Shown here in pieces: positions 23,801 to 35,648 of a DNA stretch of 64,000 nt; within the stretch, counting starts at the first letter, position 1, and every line of letters starts with the position of its first letter. Origin of the DNA: Oikopleura dioica. Taxonomy: Eukaryota; Animalia; Chordata. The position numbers were made by a program, and so were the translations under genes. The notes below the pieces were generated by a model. It saw only the letters and a list, made by a program, of their open reading frames with translations, ran no database searches and was not told the DNA's origin. The DNA lies in the NCBI GenBank assembly GCA_907165135.1, contig OU015568.1:5022001-5086000 (forward strand). Reading direction: 5' to 3'.

Positions 23801-26800
23801 GAAGACCTTGAAGGCGTTGCCAATGACTTCCTCGGAGTCAGTGCCGTGGAGCTTGTCAGCCAACATGTTCAAGAAGACGGTGAAGTTGATTGGGCCGGGA
23901 GCTTCAGCAAGCATGGCATCCATGGTAGAGTCGAGGCAGGAAGCGCCGAGGGACTCGTAGGTGGCCTGGAGATCACCCTTGTCGATGAAACCGTCTCGGT
24001 TAGCGTCGATCATACCGAAGGCTTCCTTGAACTCCTGGATCTGGGAGGGCTCGAACATCGAGAAGACGTTCGATGCCTGCTTCTTGGACTTCTTTCCCTT
24101 TCCCTTTGGCATGTTGAAAGTTTTTCTAGAAAAGAAAGTTAGACCCCGATATTTTCTTTGTTTCCTTACCGAGGACAAGATCAAATCTCTTGACTAAAGT
24201 TCCCTTTACCTCGGTCTGTATTTATAAGATCGAGGTGTCAGCAGTCCTCAGCAGTCCTGCTAAGCTGAGAGTTGCTCACTATTTTCCTGGCGTGGTCCCT
24301 GAGCAGCTGTTCCCAAAATACATCCTTATTTAGAAATATGAAAGTGAACTTCTTCTTTTTCAGCTTTCTTGTCTTCCATCCTCTTCCGCGGACCATCAAA
24401 GAACCTCCTCATTGGACTCAAATACAACGGACTCGCTTTCCCCAGCTGGACTGATGATCAAGGACTGACGTTCACAAACTGGGGGCCAAATGAGCCCAGC
24501 AACGCGGCGAATAAATGCGTGGAGCTACTGTATCATGGAACAGGAATTTACACTCCTGGACACTGGCAAACTGTAGATTGTGATCAGAAAAGACCGTTCG
24601 TTTGCCAGCTCAAGTTAGATTCCCAGTACCCGGATGATCCTAATCAAGGTACTTTTTAGAATCAATTTTGTTGCTCACATTTTTCTAGCTCCTAATCCCA
24701 ACAACTGTCCAACGGGCTACTATCCTTACGACACTTCTTGCTACAAACTCAACTCCGCAGCTGCAAGCCGTTCTCAAGCTCGCGCCAACTGCGAGAGCGA
24801 GAGCCACAGTAATCGAGGATTTGCTGGGCTTGTAACTGTCTGGAACGAGCATGAATCCCAATTTGTTTCTTCAATGCTTTGGGGACAAAATAACAATCTC
24901 TGGCTCGGAATGAACTTTGCTTATGATGCGGACATCGGAAGGGCAAATTATTACTGGGATGATAATTTCCCAATCGGTAGGAAAAATTTTGAGATGGAGT
25001 GAATTTATTTATAGTGTTTACAAACTGGGGACATGATGAGCCTAAGTCGTCGACTGATGCACAGGGATATGTTGAGCTTTTCAAAGATGGAACTTGGGGA
25101 ATCTCGAATTCGACTTCAGGAAATGTTTTTAAAGAAAACCATAAAAGACATAAATTCTTTAGAAATAGATATTTTGCTCAGTATTATTATACTGAGCATG
25201 ATTTTATTGACTCTATTGCAGTTCGGGTATCTCTCTGTCCTAATCTCTACTAAATACCGAGGATTTTTAGCATTTACCCCGAAAATTTCCTAAGTATCGA
25301 TATTTGGAAATCTGAGTTTGGCTAAAGCCAATCGAATGTCTCGAGACACGTAGTGGTGCGCTGTTCGGGGTAAATTGGTAATAAATTTTATTCTACTGCC
25401 TAAAACTTAGGCCCTAAGTAGGAATTTCATTTAAAACGAATGAAAAGCATCCTTACCATACATCTGCAAAATCGAAACGGTACCCACTCCAAATCCTGAC
25501 ACCGACCTTGGCGAATCCTCTTGCGAACCCGGCTGGCATCTTCTATTCACTGACAAGGGCGAAGAAGATCTCGACGGAAAATACTGCTACAGGAACTGCT
25601 TTCATAACTCCTCATAAAAAAAGATTGCAATAGAAAATTTTATGAAATCAAAAAAGAGAGCGACTCGAGCCAAAAGAATTTGGTGATGCTTATGCTGACT
25701 GCAACATCTTCGGCGCCACGATTATGTCAATTCATTCAGAGTTTGAGGATAAATTTGCGCAGAGTATCATCGGACACGACAATGCCTGGCTTGGAGCCAT
25801 CAACATGCCTGATGGAAACGGAGAAGTCTATCCGACAGGTTTCTTTGAAAAACAAGCATTTCTTCAGCATAAATTTAAGGATGGCAGTGGCTCGACGAAA
25901 CAGCATTCAAGTACACTAACTGGGCTGAAGGAGAGCCTTCTCTAAACGGCGACGAGTACTGCCTCGAGCTTTGGACTAATGGATTCTGGAATGATGTTGC
26001 TTGCACAGGAAGAAAGCCCTATGTTTGCCAGAAACGGTCAATTCACTCTTTCTGCGCTGTTCCAGGACCAGGTAAATTCGAGCTCGAAAACAAGGGGAAA
26101 CGGGACAAAACCCTGACACCCCCCGCCAGCCGAGATACTGCACCTCGCTACCAGTCCTCGCTTATGTATTTAGATCGACAACTTTGTGGTCCTATTAACA
26201 TCGACGAAATGGAATGCGCAGATGGATTCGGCTGTTGCTGGGATCCCGAAATCGATCAGTGTTTCCGACCAGAAAGTACTTTCCAGTGCTTGGAAATGGG
26301 TGGAACTTGCAAGCCAAAAGATTACATTGACTGTAACAGAGGAATTGGACCTGGAGCGGATATTTGTCCTCAGGTACGATTTCTATAGAAAGCGCGAAAG
26401 ACTGAAATCATCAGGATAAACGATGCTGCCTCGACTGTCAAACAGATCAATGCCAGAAAGAAGAGGATCAATGGCAAGCTGATGATGGCGAGTGTCTTCT
26501 TGCACAAGGCCAGTGTATTTTCGACTCGTTGAGCTGCTCTCAAGTGATTGGAGATGGAGGTGTTTTTGGCAATGAAGAGTGCGGTGGTCCAGATGATCGG
26601 AGATGCTGCAAAAAACCAACAGGTAAAAATGAGTAAAATCGAAGTCTTCAACAAGCCTTAAGGCCCATCGACGGTTACAATTACTGTCACAGTCCCTGGA
26701 TCAACTGGAACAACTGAACCAAGTGGTGGCGGTCTAAGTGGAGGAGCAATTTTTGGGATCGTCTTTGGCGTCATTTGCTCGATCATCATTGCTGGCACGA

Positions 26801-27006
26801 TTGCATATTTCTCTGGAAAGAACAAGAGCAGTGCACCTCTTGGTAAGAAATGAGAAACTGTTATCGATTTTATTTCTTTTTCAGTGCCACAAGCAAGTGT
26901 TTCGAACCCGATCACGTACGGAAAAGATGAAGAGGAGGAAGATGCAACCTACATGGGTCAGATGAATCCTGCCTTCCAAGAAAATGCTGAAGATACGAAA
27001 GAATAG
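14837..27006 (+). CDS. Giant type I membrane multi-C-type-lectin receptor (13 CTLD, 2 F5/8-discoidin, LCCL, FN2-like, trefoil, 2 defensin-like modules, TM, short tail)
   Basis: Signal peptide at 14837, with repeated WIGL/EPN/W..C..FVC motifs. F5/8 motifs LQVTF..VRGIITQG and WLQIDLG. LCCL-like Y...SSFCRAAIHDG. TM GAIFGIVFGVICSIIIAG. Stop at 27004-27006. Confidence 0.88.
20677..21073. mobile_element. Tc1/mariner-type MITE in a lectin-gene intron
   Basis: TIR CAGTGAAAACTCAAAA / TTTTGAGTTTTCACTG, flanked by TA at 20675-20676 and 21074-21075. Internal GGCCAAATTTTGAG-like repeats. Confidence 0.85.
23603..24112 (-). CDS. MRLC: Myosin regulatory light chain, muscle type, intronless, nested antisense in an intron
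   Basis: MPKGKGKKSKKQASNVFSMFEPSQIQEFKEAFGMIDANRDGFIDKGDL (EF-hand), 169 aa, strong C/G-ending codon bias. Confidence 0.95.
   Translation of the reverse strand: MPKGKGKKSKKQASNVFSMFEPSQIQEFKEAFGMIDANRDGFIDKGDLQATYESLGASCLDSTMDAMLAEAPGPINFTVFLNMLADKLHGTDSEEVIGNAFKVFDPENTGTIPSQYLGEVLTTKADRFSQEELDVLLAAASKDDQGNLDYKALVYTITHGQTDEDAAEE
24219..24226 (-). promoter_or_regulatory. TATA box of the nested MRLC gene
   Basis: TATAAATA on the minus strand ~110 nt upstream of the ATG. An E-box CAGCTG lies at 24303-24308. Confidence 0.6.
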
Positions 27007-27119
27007 CTTTCTGCAGCTGCTGTAAATACAAAACTGACAAATAAAGCACTTCATATTTATTCAACAAAGGAGAAATACTCTTCGCAGTAGATATTTTATT
27101 GAGCAAAATGGGATTCGCG

Positions 27120-28774
27120 CTATCGGTATTCATAGGGATTTCCGTCGGCAAGCGATTTTCTTCTCGACCGTGGGGCGATAAAACAGATCCAAAAGAAATT
27201 AAGAAGAAAAGCAACTCCAATTATGTATAGAGGATATTTAAAATAGCTATATCCCTGAAAACTGTACCAAATAAGCAAAACGCACAGAGCATACTGGATT
27301 TGATGGATAATTGTATTGATCGCTCCCTGAATTATTCAATATCAAATGATGTAGTTTTATACATACAAATATTCGAGACTCATCGTCCAAATCAGGGCTG
27401 GCAAATTAGGGTCCCGCCAGCCGCACTAATTTGAGTTAGAACCCTATTGTTAGAACCCTAACTCTCATTTTATAACTTTTTAGTGCGGTTAGTACGAGTT
27501 GGAAAAAGCCGCACTAAAATCGTCCTAAAAGAGGCGCGCGCTTATTGGTGCGCCAATCATGGCGGGTCATTCGTTTTTCTCATCCAATCAGCTCCATTCT
27601 TTTTTCAATCTTCCACCAATTTGTCCTCCGCGCCTGGTGGTAAGCGCGCGCCGATTGGATGATGAAAAAGAGCCTCATAATTAGTACGGTTAGGGCGGCG
27701 ATTCAGTCCTAATAGACGAAAAAATATCAAGGAAAAAAATAGGACGGGTAGGACGGGGATGCCGCACTAATTCGCACTAATTTTGAGTTAGAACCCTAAC
27801 AATTTTTCGGTAGTGCGGCTGTTAGGACCCTAATTTGCCAGCCCTGGTCCAAATCATAGAAAATGATCTTTGTTGTTGAAAGAAGCAAATCCTTCTTTGA
27901 TTTTCTTTCTTCAAAAAGCCAAATTGCAAAACAATGTGCGAGCATAGGAAGTCCGAAGAAAATAAGAACTAGTGTCCGCTCGGAGAGACCGTTTTCATAT
28001 ATAACACTCCGTGGTTCAGTTGAGATTTCCGCAATATGATCATAATAATTAACTGCTGTAATTCCTATGAGAGCGATATACAGCACCAAAACAATAACTT
28101 TCGTAAGTATTTGAAAAGAAAACTAAAGATGTGTTTGTTAATTAATAACAATTATTATGTTTTTACCATAATGAATAAGAATGCGACCCGAAAAATATTG
28201 AGCTCGCCGTCATACTGCAAGGTTTTCTTTTGCGACGTTATCGACCAAGAAAATGAAAGAAGCGAGAGGAAAGCAGAATAAACAGCATATATATTTATGG
28301 GATCAATATCTGACCACTCAGATATTCCAATATAAATTTGTAGCAAAATCTTCAAGAAAATAAAAAAAAAATGATTTTTGATTTTAAAAACCTGAGGAGC
28401 CGATTCAAGAGCAGCTTCAACAAATCTTATTTTAATCATTTCTTTTTGTAAAGAAAGATCATCTGTATTCCGTCGTTTCCAAAAGTGATAAACTGGCCCC
28501 AATAAAAAGATATGCATGATAATAAAAATTGGTGATTTTCGATCATTCGATAGTTTTTCCGACGTAAAAGAAAGATATGCTGATAATGTACCAGCAAATA
28601 GAACGATCCCAAGCGTCAAGGCTGCCCAGTTATAGTCTTCATTGATTAAGTAGTTTATCGCCAGGAAAATATCAGAGCTTTTGAAAGTTTATAATAATGG
28701 ATTGCTTAAAGAACCTACCCAACATCAAGAATATAAAGACAAATCCTTGCAATTACTGCAACAAAAGCGTATGC
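27120..28774 (-). CDS. XK-related (Xkr) multipass membrane protein, interrupted by a MITE; 5' end unresolved
   Basis: SDIFLAINY..WAALTL and EAALESAPQ|ILLQIYI motifs. The final exon 27326-27120 (QYALCVLLIWYSF...GVAFLLNFFWICFIAP) lies beyond the MITE, after a 40-nt GT-AG intron. Confidence 0.8.
27393..27846. mobile_element. hAT-type MITE with 8-bp TSD
   Basis: 22-bp TIR CAGGGCTGGCAAATTAGGGTCC. TSD GTCCAAAT at 27385-27392 and 27847-27854. The interior is largely foldback, with GTTAGAACCCTAA subrepeats. Confidence 0.92.
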
Positions 28775-29088
28775 CTTTTTTATTTCATTTTTTATGCTCA
28801 TTTCGAAAATGACTTTCTAAATCAATACTCTTGAATATCAGTCTCTTCCTCAAACAATATGAAGCTAATCTGCAGATTCAATTCATTTATATACCTTCTG
28901 GATCAAAGGCCCAAACTTTCATGATTCTTTCAACTTGAAGCCGCGTATAAACATTTCAAAGGATCCTATTTGTCCACTTCCTGGTTAATGACATGAATTA
29001 TTGCCGGATATCTAAATGAGAGAAAAAAGTCTTTTGGTGAATAATTTATTGATTTCTTCTAAGAGAATTTTTAGAAATGAAGTTGAGA

Positions 29089-29706
29089 TCAGCTCAGAAC
29101 AATATTCCAGGCACAATTGAAAATAAAATACATGTAAACGATGCTTGCTGACATGATCAAAAACATAATCACAGTCATCCATATTGCCATTGATCTCTCA
29201 GCTTGAAGATTCACCAACTCACTCGCCTCAGTTGGAATGACCAGATTTGTCTGTGGAGGAGGAGCAGTTTTCTCATTCGATTGAGGAATCGTTGGAGCAG
29301 GTGCTCCTTGGTAGGATCCTTCAGCAGCATAAACAGTAATCAACGAGCTGGTGGAGAAGGTGACTTTGACGTGATCGACGAAGCTGACAAAGGAAATGAT
29401 TCCGACGAATCCGATCAAGAACCAGGCGATCACGTGAGCGTAGTTGTCCCACCAGCCGATCCAGTAGTATCCGATGCAGAAGGTCAGAGCGGCGGCGAAT
29501 TCGAAAAATCCGATGGCGCCCAACTGAGCGCTAGCAGTGCGGCTTCTTGAGAGTCCTATTTGAAAGCTTGCGCTTTGAGGAAGACAGATTGTCACGACGA
29601 AAACGAGTCCAAAGATAACCCACATCATGATCTCGCTGATCCAGTAGGAGGACCGATAGCAGGAGGAGTATCTTGGGTCGGCTTCGGCTGCTTCGTAAAA
29701 GTGCAT
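29089..29706 (-). CDS. Uncharacterised multipass membrane protein (~4 hydrophobic segments)
   Basis: 205-aa ORF with coherent TM-like stretches and protein-like codon usage. No family recognised. Confidence 0.6.
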   Translation of the reverse strand: MHFYEAAEADPRYSSCYRSSYWISEIMMWVIFGLVFVVTICLPQSASFQIGLSRSRTASAQLGAIGFFEFAAALTFCIGYYWIGWWDNYAHVIAWFLIGFVGIISFVSFVDHVKVTFSTSSLITVYAAEGSYQGAPAPTIPQSNEKTAPPPQTNLVIPTEASELVNLQAERSMAIWMTVIMFLIMSASIVYMYFIFNCAWNIVLS

Positions 29707-30390
29707 TTCTTGATTTTTCGATTGTCGATTCTTATGAAATCTGATCGACTTGATTCAAGAATCAGATTTTATACATGGCGATAGGAAAATAATAGGACAA
29801 GTAAATATAGGTTTCCACCATAGATGCATTGATTTTGCGTCTTTCCGTTGCTCATTCCTACATGCATCGCGCTCAATTTGTACAGTGACTCAAGGTCGAT
29901 ACAGTATTGACAATTCTGTATCAAGGGCATTTTTGGCATGCACTTCGCTAAGCAAAGATACTGTAGCAATGTTTTTACTTGCTTTCAAAAATAAAAAAAA
30001 CTTAACCACATGTTTATTTATTACTATTTATAAAATTATTAACTAATTACAAATTTTGTTAACTATTGTTATCTAAATTTTTCATGTTAAATTTCCAATT
30101 ATCAGGTTTTGATTCTGAATTTTTGAACAGATCATTCGAAATAAATAATTTATTTATAAATAATAAATAATAAATAATATATTTTAAAACAATGTTTTTA
30201 TCATTTCAGATCAGACTATTTGAGTGGCAAAAATTCAATTATTAATAATTATTTCAGTAAAAAATCATAAGCCAAAAATATTTTTAGTGATAATAAATTT
30301 GACACCGAAATAGCCTTATTTGAAATATTAAAAATGACTCATTTCAAACAGACTATCCGAAAACTCAGAAATAAATCCTGAAAAGTGAGC

Positions 30391-30445
30391 CGCCAAGGGT
30401 TGCCACGCAGTTTGAAAGAAACAAAAAGCGTGGCAACCCTTGGCG
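30391..30445. repeat. Perfect 18-bp inverted repeat with 19-nt spacer
   Basis: CGCCAAGGGTTGCCACGC (30391-30408) / GCGTGGCAACCCTTGGCG (30428-30445). Confidence 0.9.
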
Positions 30446-30839
30446 CGAAAAGTTTCATTGTGTGTTAGCGTGTTTGCGTTGTGGATGGTGGATCGATTGT
30501 ATCTGGTGCGTAGGTGTCTCCCCCACAACCGGCGCGTCATATTTCGAGCTGGCTCGTTGGCCCTGGAGAGGGGCGACCCGCGAGGGCTGCTGCTGCTCGT
30601 GGCCGAGGCCAGTCACACACACACACTGAAACCAGGAGCGCTCATTTCACTTCGGAGCCTCTCCAATTCGCGAAATATCACACACACAAATCCACACTAT
30701 CCAGAAAAAGATTCAGATTTAGCAGAAGAACCTTCTTTCTTTAAGATTATTTTTGTAAGGAGCTTTACTTTTCTTAAGGGTGTCCCCCTTTTTTCGAAAA
30801 AAAGCTCTTTTTCCTTACCCTTGGCTTTTTAGGCAAATC

Positions 30840-33800
30840 ATGAGTGCTACAGAGGATGGAGAGCTCTCTGATGGGGAATTGCCATCTGGGGATGAGAATA
30901 ATGACGTTTCGGAGGCAGTACAACCCTCTTATGCTTTATTTTCGAGTCGCCAGCCTAAAACTAAAGGAAATTGGCCTCAAAAAGTACCCATTAGATTACA
31001 CTAGAGAATCATTCCATAAGTTGTAATTAAATTCAGAAAGAGAGAAAAGCGATTATGATAATTCCTCCTGTCGTTTTTGAAATTCCCCATTTTCGAGTCG
31101 AAAGCGTTTCGTTTCTTTTTTGACACGTGTGGTGACGTGATGGCGCGCGAGAGCACGAGTCGAAATGATGATGTTGTCGATTGCGCGATTTTGAAAATTT
31201 ACCATACCGAGAAAAACCCATCATACTGGCCTTACTGTACCATCCAGTACGGTACAGTCCATTCTAGAGTTCTTGCTGGATCGATTGGTTTTGGTTGGTC
31301 AATGGTCACTTGGTTGACAAAATTAATTGTCAATTTTTGATTTGATGACTCAACCTACGAAAAATCAAAAAATTCGATGGTGCAATTCAAACAGTTGTGT
31401 AAACAAAAAAAAAACATTTGAGATCTTTTCCCATTTCCGAGATTTTGAAGAAAAAATGAGTTCATCGAAAATCTGACTCAAAGAAGAAATCTTCCTTGAT
31501 TTCCAATCGATCAGTTGGTCGATCAGTTTGGTAAGGTAAGTGATAAAATAACGAAGATACATAGAGAGAGATTGATTCGTGGATCGGGTCTTGTTGGCTT
31601 ATTGTTTTTAGAGTCGATAATAGACAATTTGTTGTTTCCTTTTTTGAAATGTCAATCATTCATAGTCGATTTTGAGCTTGAATAATTGACAGGATCGAAG
31701 GTAGATAAATGCAATCTGCGTTGAAAACCTGAGTCAGGGCCTAAAAGTTGCGGCCTTTTAAAAAAGAAGCCGCAAAGCGGCTTCGCAAAATAGCCATTCA
31801 AATATTTCTTCGAACTGGCGAAGATTTGCGGCTTCGTTTTTTTTAAAAAAGCTGGTACGCGGCTTATTCTTCTAGCTCTTTATAATCTGACTCAGGTGTT
31901 CTACGCAGTTTGCCGAGCCCGGGATAATAGGTAGTAAATTATAGACATTCGTAAATTTGGACTCTTTCGATTGTCCTCGTTGATTTCAACAATGCCTTGG
32001 GGCGAAAATATCATCATTTTTACCATAAATCATTTGTACCCATAATACCAGTTGGCCACGTCGCCTTGCCAACTACCGGTTGTGCCATAATCTAAATTCT
32101 AAATGCCATTCCAGCGAATACTAGAAACTAGAAAAGTAGAGACCCTCCAATATCCAAATCATGGGAAACGGTACGTATTCTTCGTTATTTATCACATTAC
32201 CCCAAGCTCTTTTTTTCCTCCCCAAGGACTCGTGCTCTCCGCGGCTTAAATTTTTAAACCCACCCGCGCTAGAATCCATTTTTGACGCCAAATCTAAGAC
32301 ATCCAAAAGCCAGAAGCTCAAGAAGATCCAGATGAGTTCGACGATGACATGGCGATGGATCCATACTCGGATTACCAGCCTCCCGCGAAATCCGATCGAA
32401 TCGCCAACCCTCCTCGTCCCCTGACACCAGAGCATACCAAGCACAATCACCAGAATGGAAACGACGACCAGCAAGGAAACCACGAAGACGGAATCATCCG
32501 AATCGACGAAAGAGAGGAGCTCTACCGCTCGTACGTCAGAACTGAGCGCGACGATCGACCAGTCAGCGGACCTTTTGGAATTCAGCCCCAAATGAATGAT
32601 TCCGTCGAGCCAGAACCGATTGCGAAGCGGGGAAAGTTCGGAAAAGATAGAAGCAAGAAAAGAAGAAAACGAAATGCATCTGAAGAAGGCGACGAGTTTT
32701 TGAAAGAACTCAGCAAGGTAAGCTCCAAATTCTCTAGATGGAAGGAAATTTTTTTCTTGATTCGATATTTTCTTCCTCCAAAAACTCATTACAATGAAAC
32801 TATCAACTGATCTAATGGAGGATAGATATAGAAAGAGACGGAACTCTAATAACATCTGGGCCCCAAAGAGTTTCTTTTACCCAAATGACTCGGTAGCAAC
32901 CCATTCTCTTCCATGATCGCTCAAGCAAATCCCTTTTTAGTACGAACGAATCAAGGACGGGCCAAATCAGGCAAATGCGAAGAAAAAGAAGAAGAGCTAT
33001 TCAAACTACGGGGAAAAATACTACGATCATGACAACCCGCCGAAAGGGAGGACTGAACAGTCGGATTTCTCGGACGACGAAGGGGGCGCTGCAAATGAAT
33101 CCGCTTTTCGTTCTAGATTCAATGAGAATTCGAATGGTAAAGAGAATCTTTCAAGTTTTCCCTATTACATTTTCTAGATCATTCCGATGAAGCCTCTGAT
33201 GGAGAAATTCAAAATGCCAATGGACTCCGCAACCCTGACACTATCTTCAACGACGACAGACCTATCATCATCGACGAGCGACGAAGATCTCCATCGCGCT
33301 TCAAGCCAAGGAAAGAAATGAAAGACAAGGGCATCCGACTAATTGATCATCGAACAAAAGGAGGATACGATAGGCGAGACCGGGGAAGGCAGAAGTCTCC
33401 ATGGCCGGCGAGAAAGGATGACTACAAGAAAAGTGACAAAAACGACAAGAAGGGAAGTCAGAAGGAGGAGAATTTGAGGAAATACGAGCTCTGTAAATAT
33501 TATATTGCCGGAACATGTCTGAAGGTAAATTTGTCCTTTAGAAACCCATCGATAACATCTTATAATTAGGGAGAACGCTGCCACTACATGCATAAAAATT
33601 ACCCTTGCAAATACTACCATATCTCCAAAACATGCCAGAAGAAAAACGTAAGTCTCTTTCACTCTTTTCTTTGTTAGAATCAAATTCTAGTGCCTCTTTT
33701 CTCATGATGAATTAACCGCTATCACCGCAAACATTATCGAAAAGCTCAAGTCCGACTATTTCCTCGCCGATGATTCACTTGAGCTTGAGTTCATCAAAGA

Positions 33801-35648
33801 CCGCGGAGTTGAGGCTTTGCCAAAACCACCACCAGGTGTTCCTCTTCTGCCGACGCCTCCCGGCGAGTTGGTTTGTGAGAAGTTCATTGGAAAGGTTGAT
33901 ACGCCTGTTCGTCCTCTTGTCCCTTTGCCTGGTGAAACTTGGCCGACTGTGATGGACTACGAGCCGTATTTGACTCAAGAAGCGCATACAAAAGCAGAGA
34001 ACGTCATGCGAAACGTTTTGGGAATTTCGATCGGCGAAGAGGTTGATATCAACGATGAGACCTCGCATGAAGTTGGAACGCCTCAGCCAGACGTGGTCGA
34101 TGCCGATTCAATCGGCTGGATCATGTACGAATGGCACAACAAAACTGAGCCTGTTCCAATGACTGGCGATCGTGGATTGCCCAGCAGATATTCTCCTACT
34201 GGCCCTGGTCCTATCAAACCTCTTGGATCGCCGAGAGGATATGATGATCGCTCTCCTCCTCGCCATAACTCTTACAACTTCCCTCCGATCAGAAAACCTC
34301 TCGGAGCAACTGATGACGAAGAGGAAGAACGAAGAAGATATGGAATGGATCCGCGAGATCGACTTACTCCTCCGCCATTTCTTAGACGAGATATGGACGA
34401 TAGAAGCTTCAATCCAATTGTCAAGCTTCAAGAAGAGCAAGATCGTATTGATCGCTATGGCCGAGAACATTCACCTGACCGATATCGTGGCCGCTACTCG
34501 AGATCCAGATCGAGATCTCCAGAAAGAAGTGGAGGGTGGAAGAATGAAAGAAGATCCGATCGTGATGAGCGAGAAAAGTATGGCTTCACAACTCCAAGCT
34601 GGGCGAGACCGCCTTCGAGGTCGCCAAGTCCGAAGCCATATCGACCGAGGGAAGAGAGACGATGGCCAAATTATGATTCCTACGACTCGAGGGATGATCG
34701 AGACAGGAGAAGCCCGCGGTATTCCCCAAGACGTAGGGATAGCTACTCGCCTCCTGGAGGAAACAGGACACCGACTCTTGATGATGATCCTTTCGACGAA
34801 CCAAAGAAACCGAAATTCGGAAGACAGTACTCTCCCCCTACAGTGTAAGTGTTGTGTTTTTTGAATGTTTACATCCTTCGAACTTAAATAAATTCTTTAT
34901 AGTGGAGCACGACTTGATGAAGCGCAAAGAGATCTGATAGAAAATTATGACGAGCCGTATGTTCCAAAGCCTCGGAATCATCATGTTCGAGATGCCATCG
35001 AGGTAAATTAATTTTCTTTCTGCCCCACTAACTCTTCTACATCAGGGCGTTCCAAGCAGACCCTATCGTCGACCATCAATGCCCGAGCCTCGGCTCGAAA
35101 CTTGTCACATCCCAACAGCAGTTTCTCGAGAAGCTCAAGATCCTCGCCCCCACCTGCCACCTCCAGCAACACCACCATCAGAATTGCCGATTCCTGACCT
35201 GATCGACCTCGTTGATTTCCGAGTGACGTTTACTATCAATGGCGTGCCCTATCAAATGCCCAATGATATCATCAAAGATGTTGTGACGGAGAAACCAAAA
35301 CTTCCCAATCTTGCCCGTAAGTCCTTCATCGAAAGTTATTTTTTTTCATCGATCTATTCTAGCTCTGCCGATGCTGAACAAACAGCAAAGCCCAAAAACA
35401 TCCGCTCCCATGGATCCCAGAAGACGATCTATCTCCAATCAAAGGTACTCCAATTTTTACTCATTTTTCCTCACAAAATTCTCAGCCCCGCTACTTCAAG
35501 ATCAGATCACCCCCTGGCCGGGCTCTCCGGCAACACCCCAACAAGGAAGAAGATTTCCCTATCAGACTACCGCAAGAAAAGTGACTCGAAACCTGACACT
35601 TCACCAGAACCCAGCCTTCCTATCTCCCTTTATGGCACTCAAAACTGA
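30840..35648 (+). CDS. ZC3H4: CCCH zinc-finger protein, ZC3H4/ZC3H6 (Su(s))-like
   Basis: ELCKYYIAGTCLK|GERCHYMH-KNYPCKYYHISKTCQKKN|CLFSHD, then LPKPPPGVPLLPTP, an RS-rich region and DPR motifs. Confidence 0.82.
31711..31920. mobile_element. MITE family A, copy 3 (in the first ZC3H4-like intron)
   Basis: GAAAACCTGAGTCAGGGC ... CTGACTCAGGTGTTCTACGCAG, with AAGCCGCAAAGCGGCTT inside. Confidence 0.75.

Noticed and set aside
23636-24142. 168-aa plus-strand ORF opposite MRLC
   Set aside because: A shadow ORF caused by the strong codon bias of MRLC.
34172-34864. 230-aa alternative-frame ORF inside the ZC3H4-like gene
   Set aside because: It overlaps a low-complexity RS/RD-rich exon, where open alternative frames arise easily.
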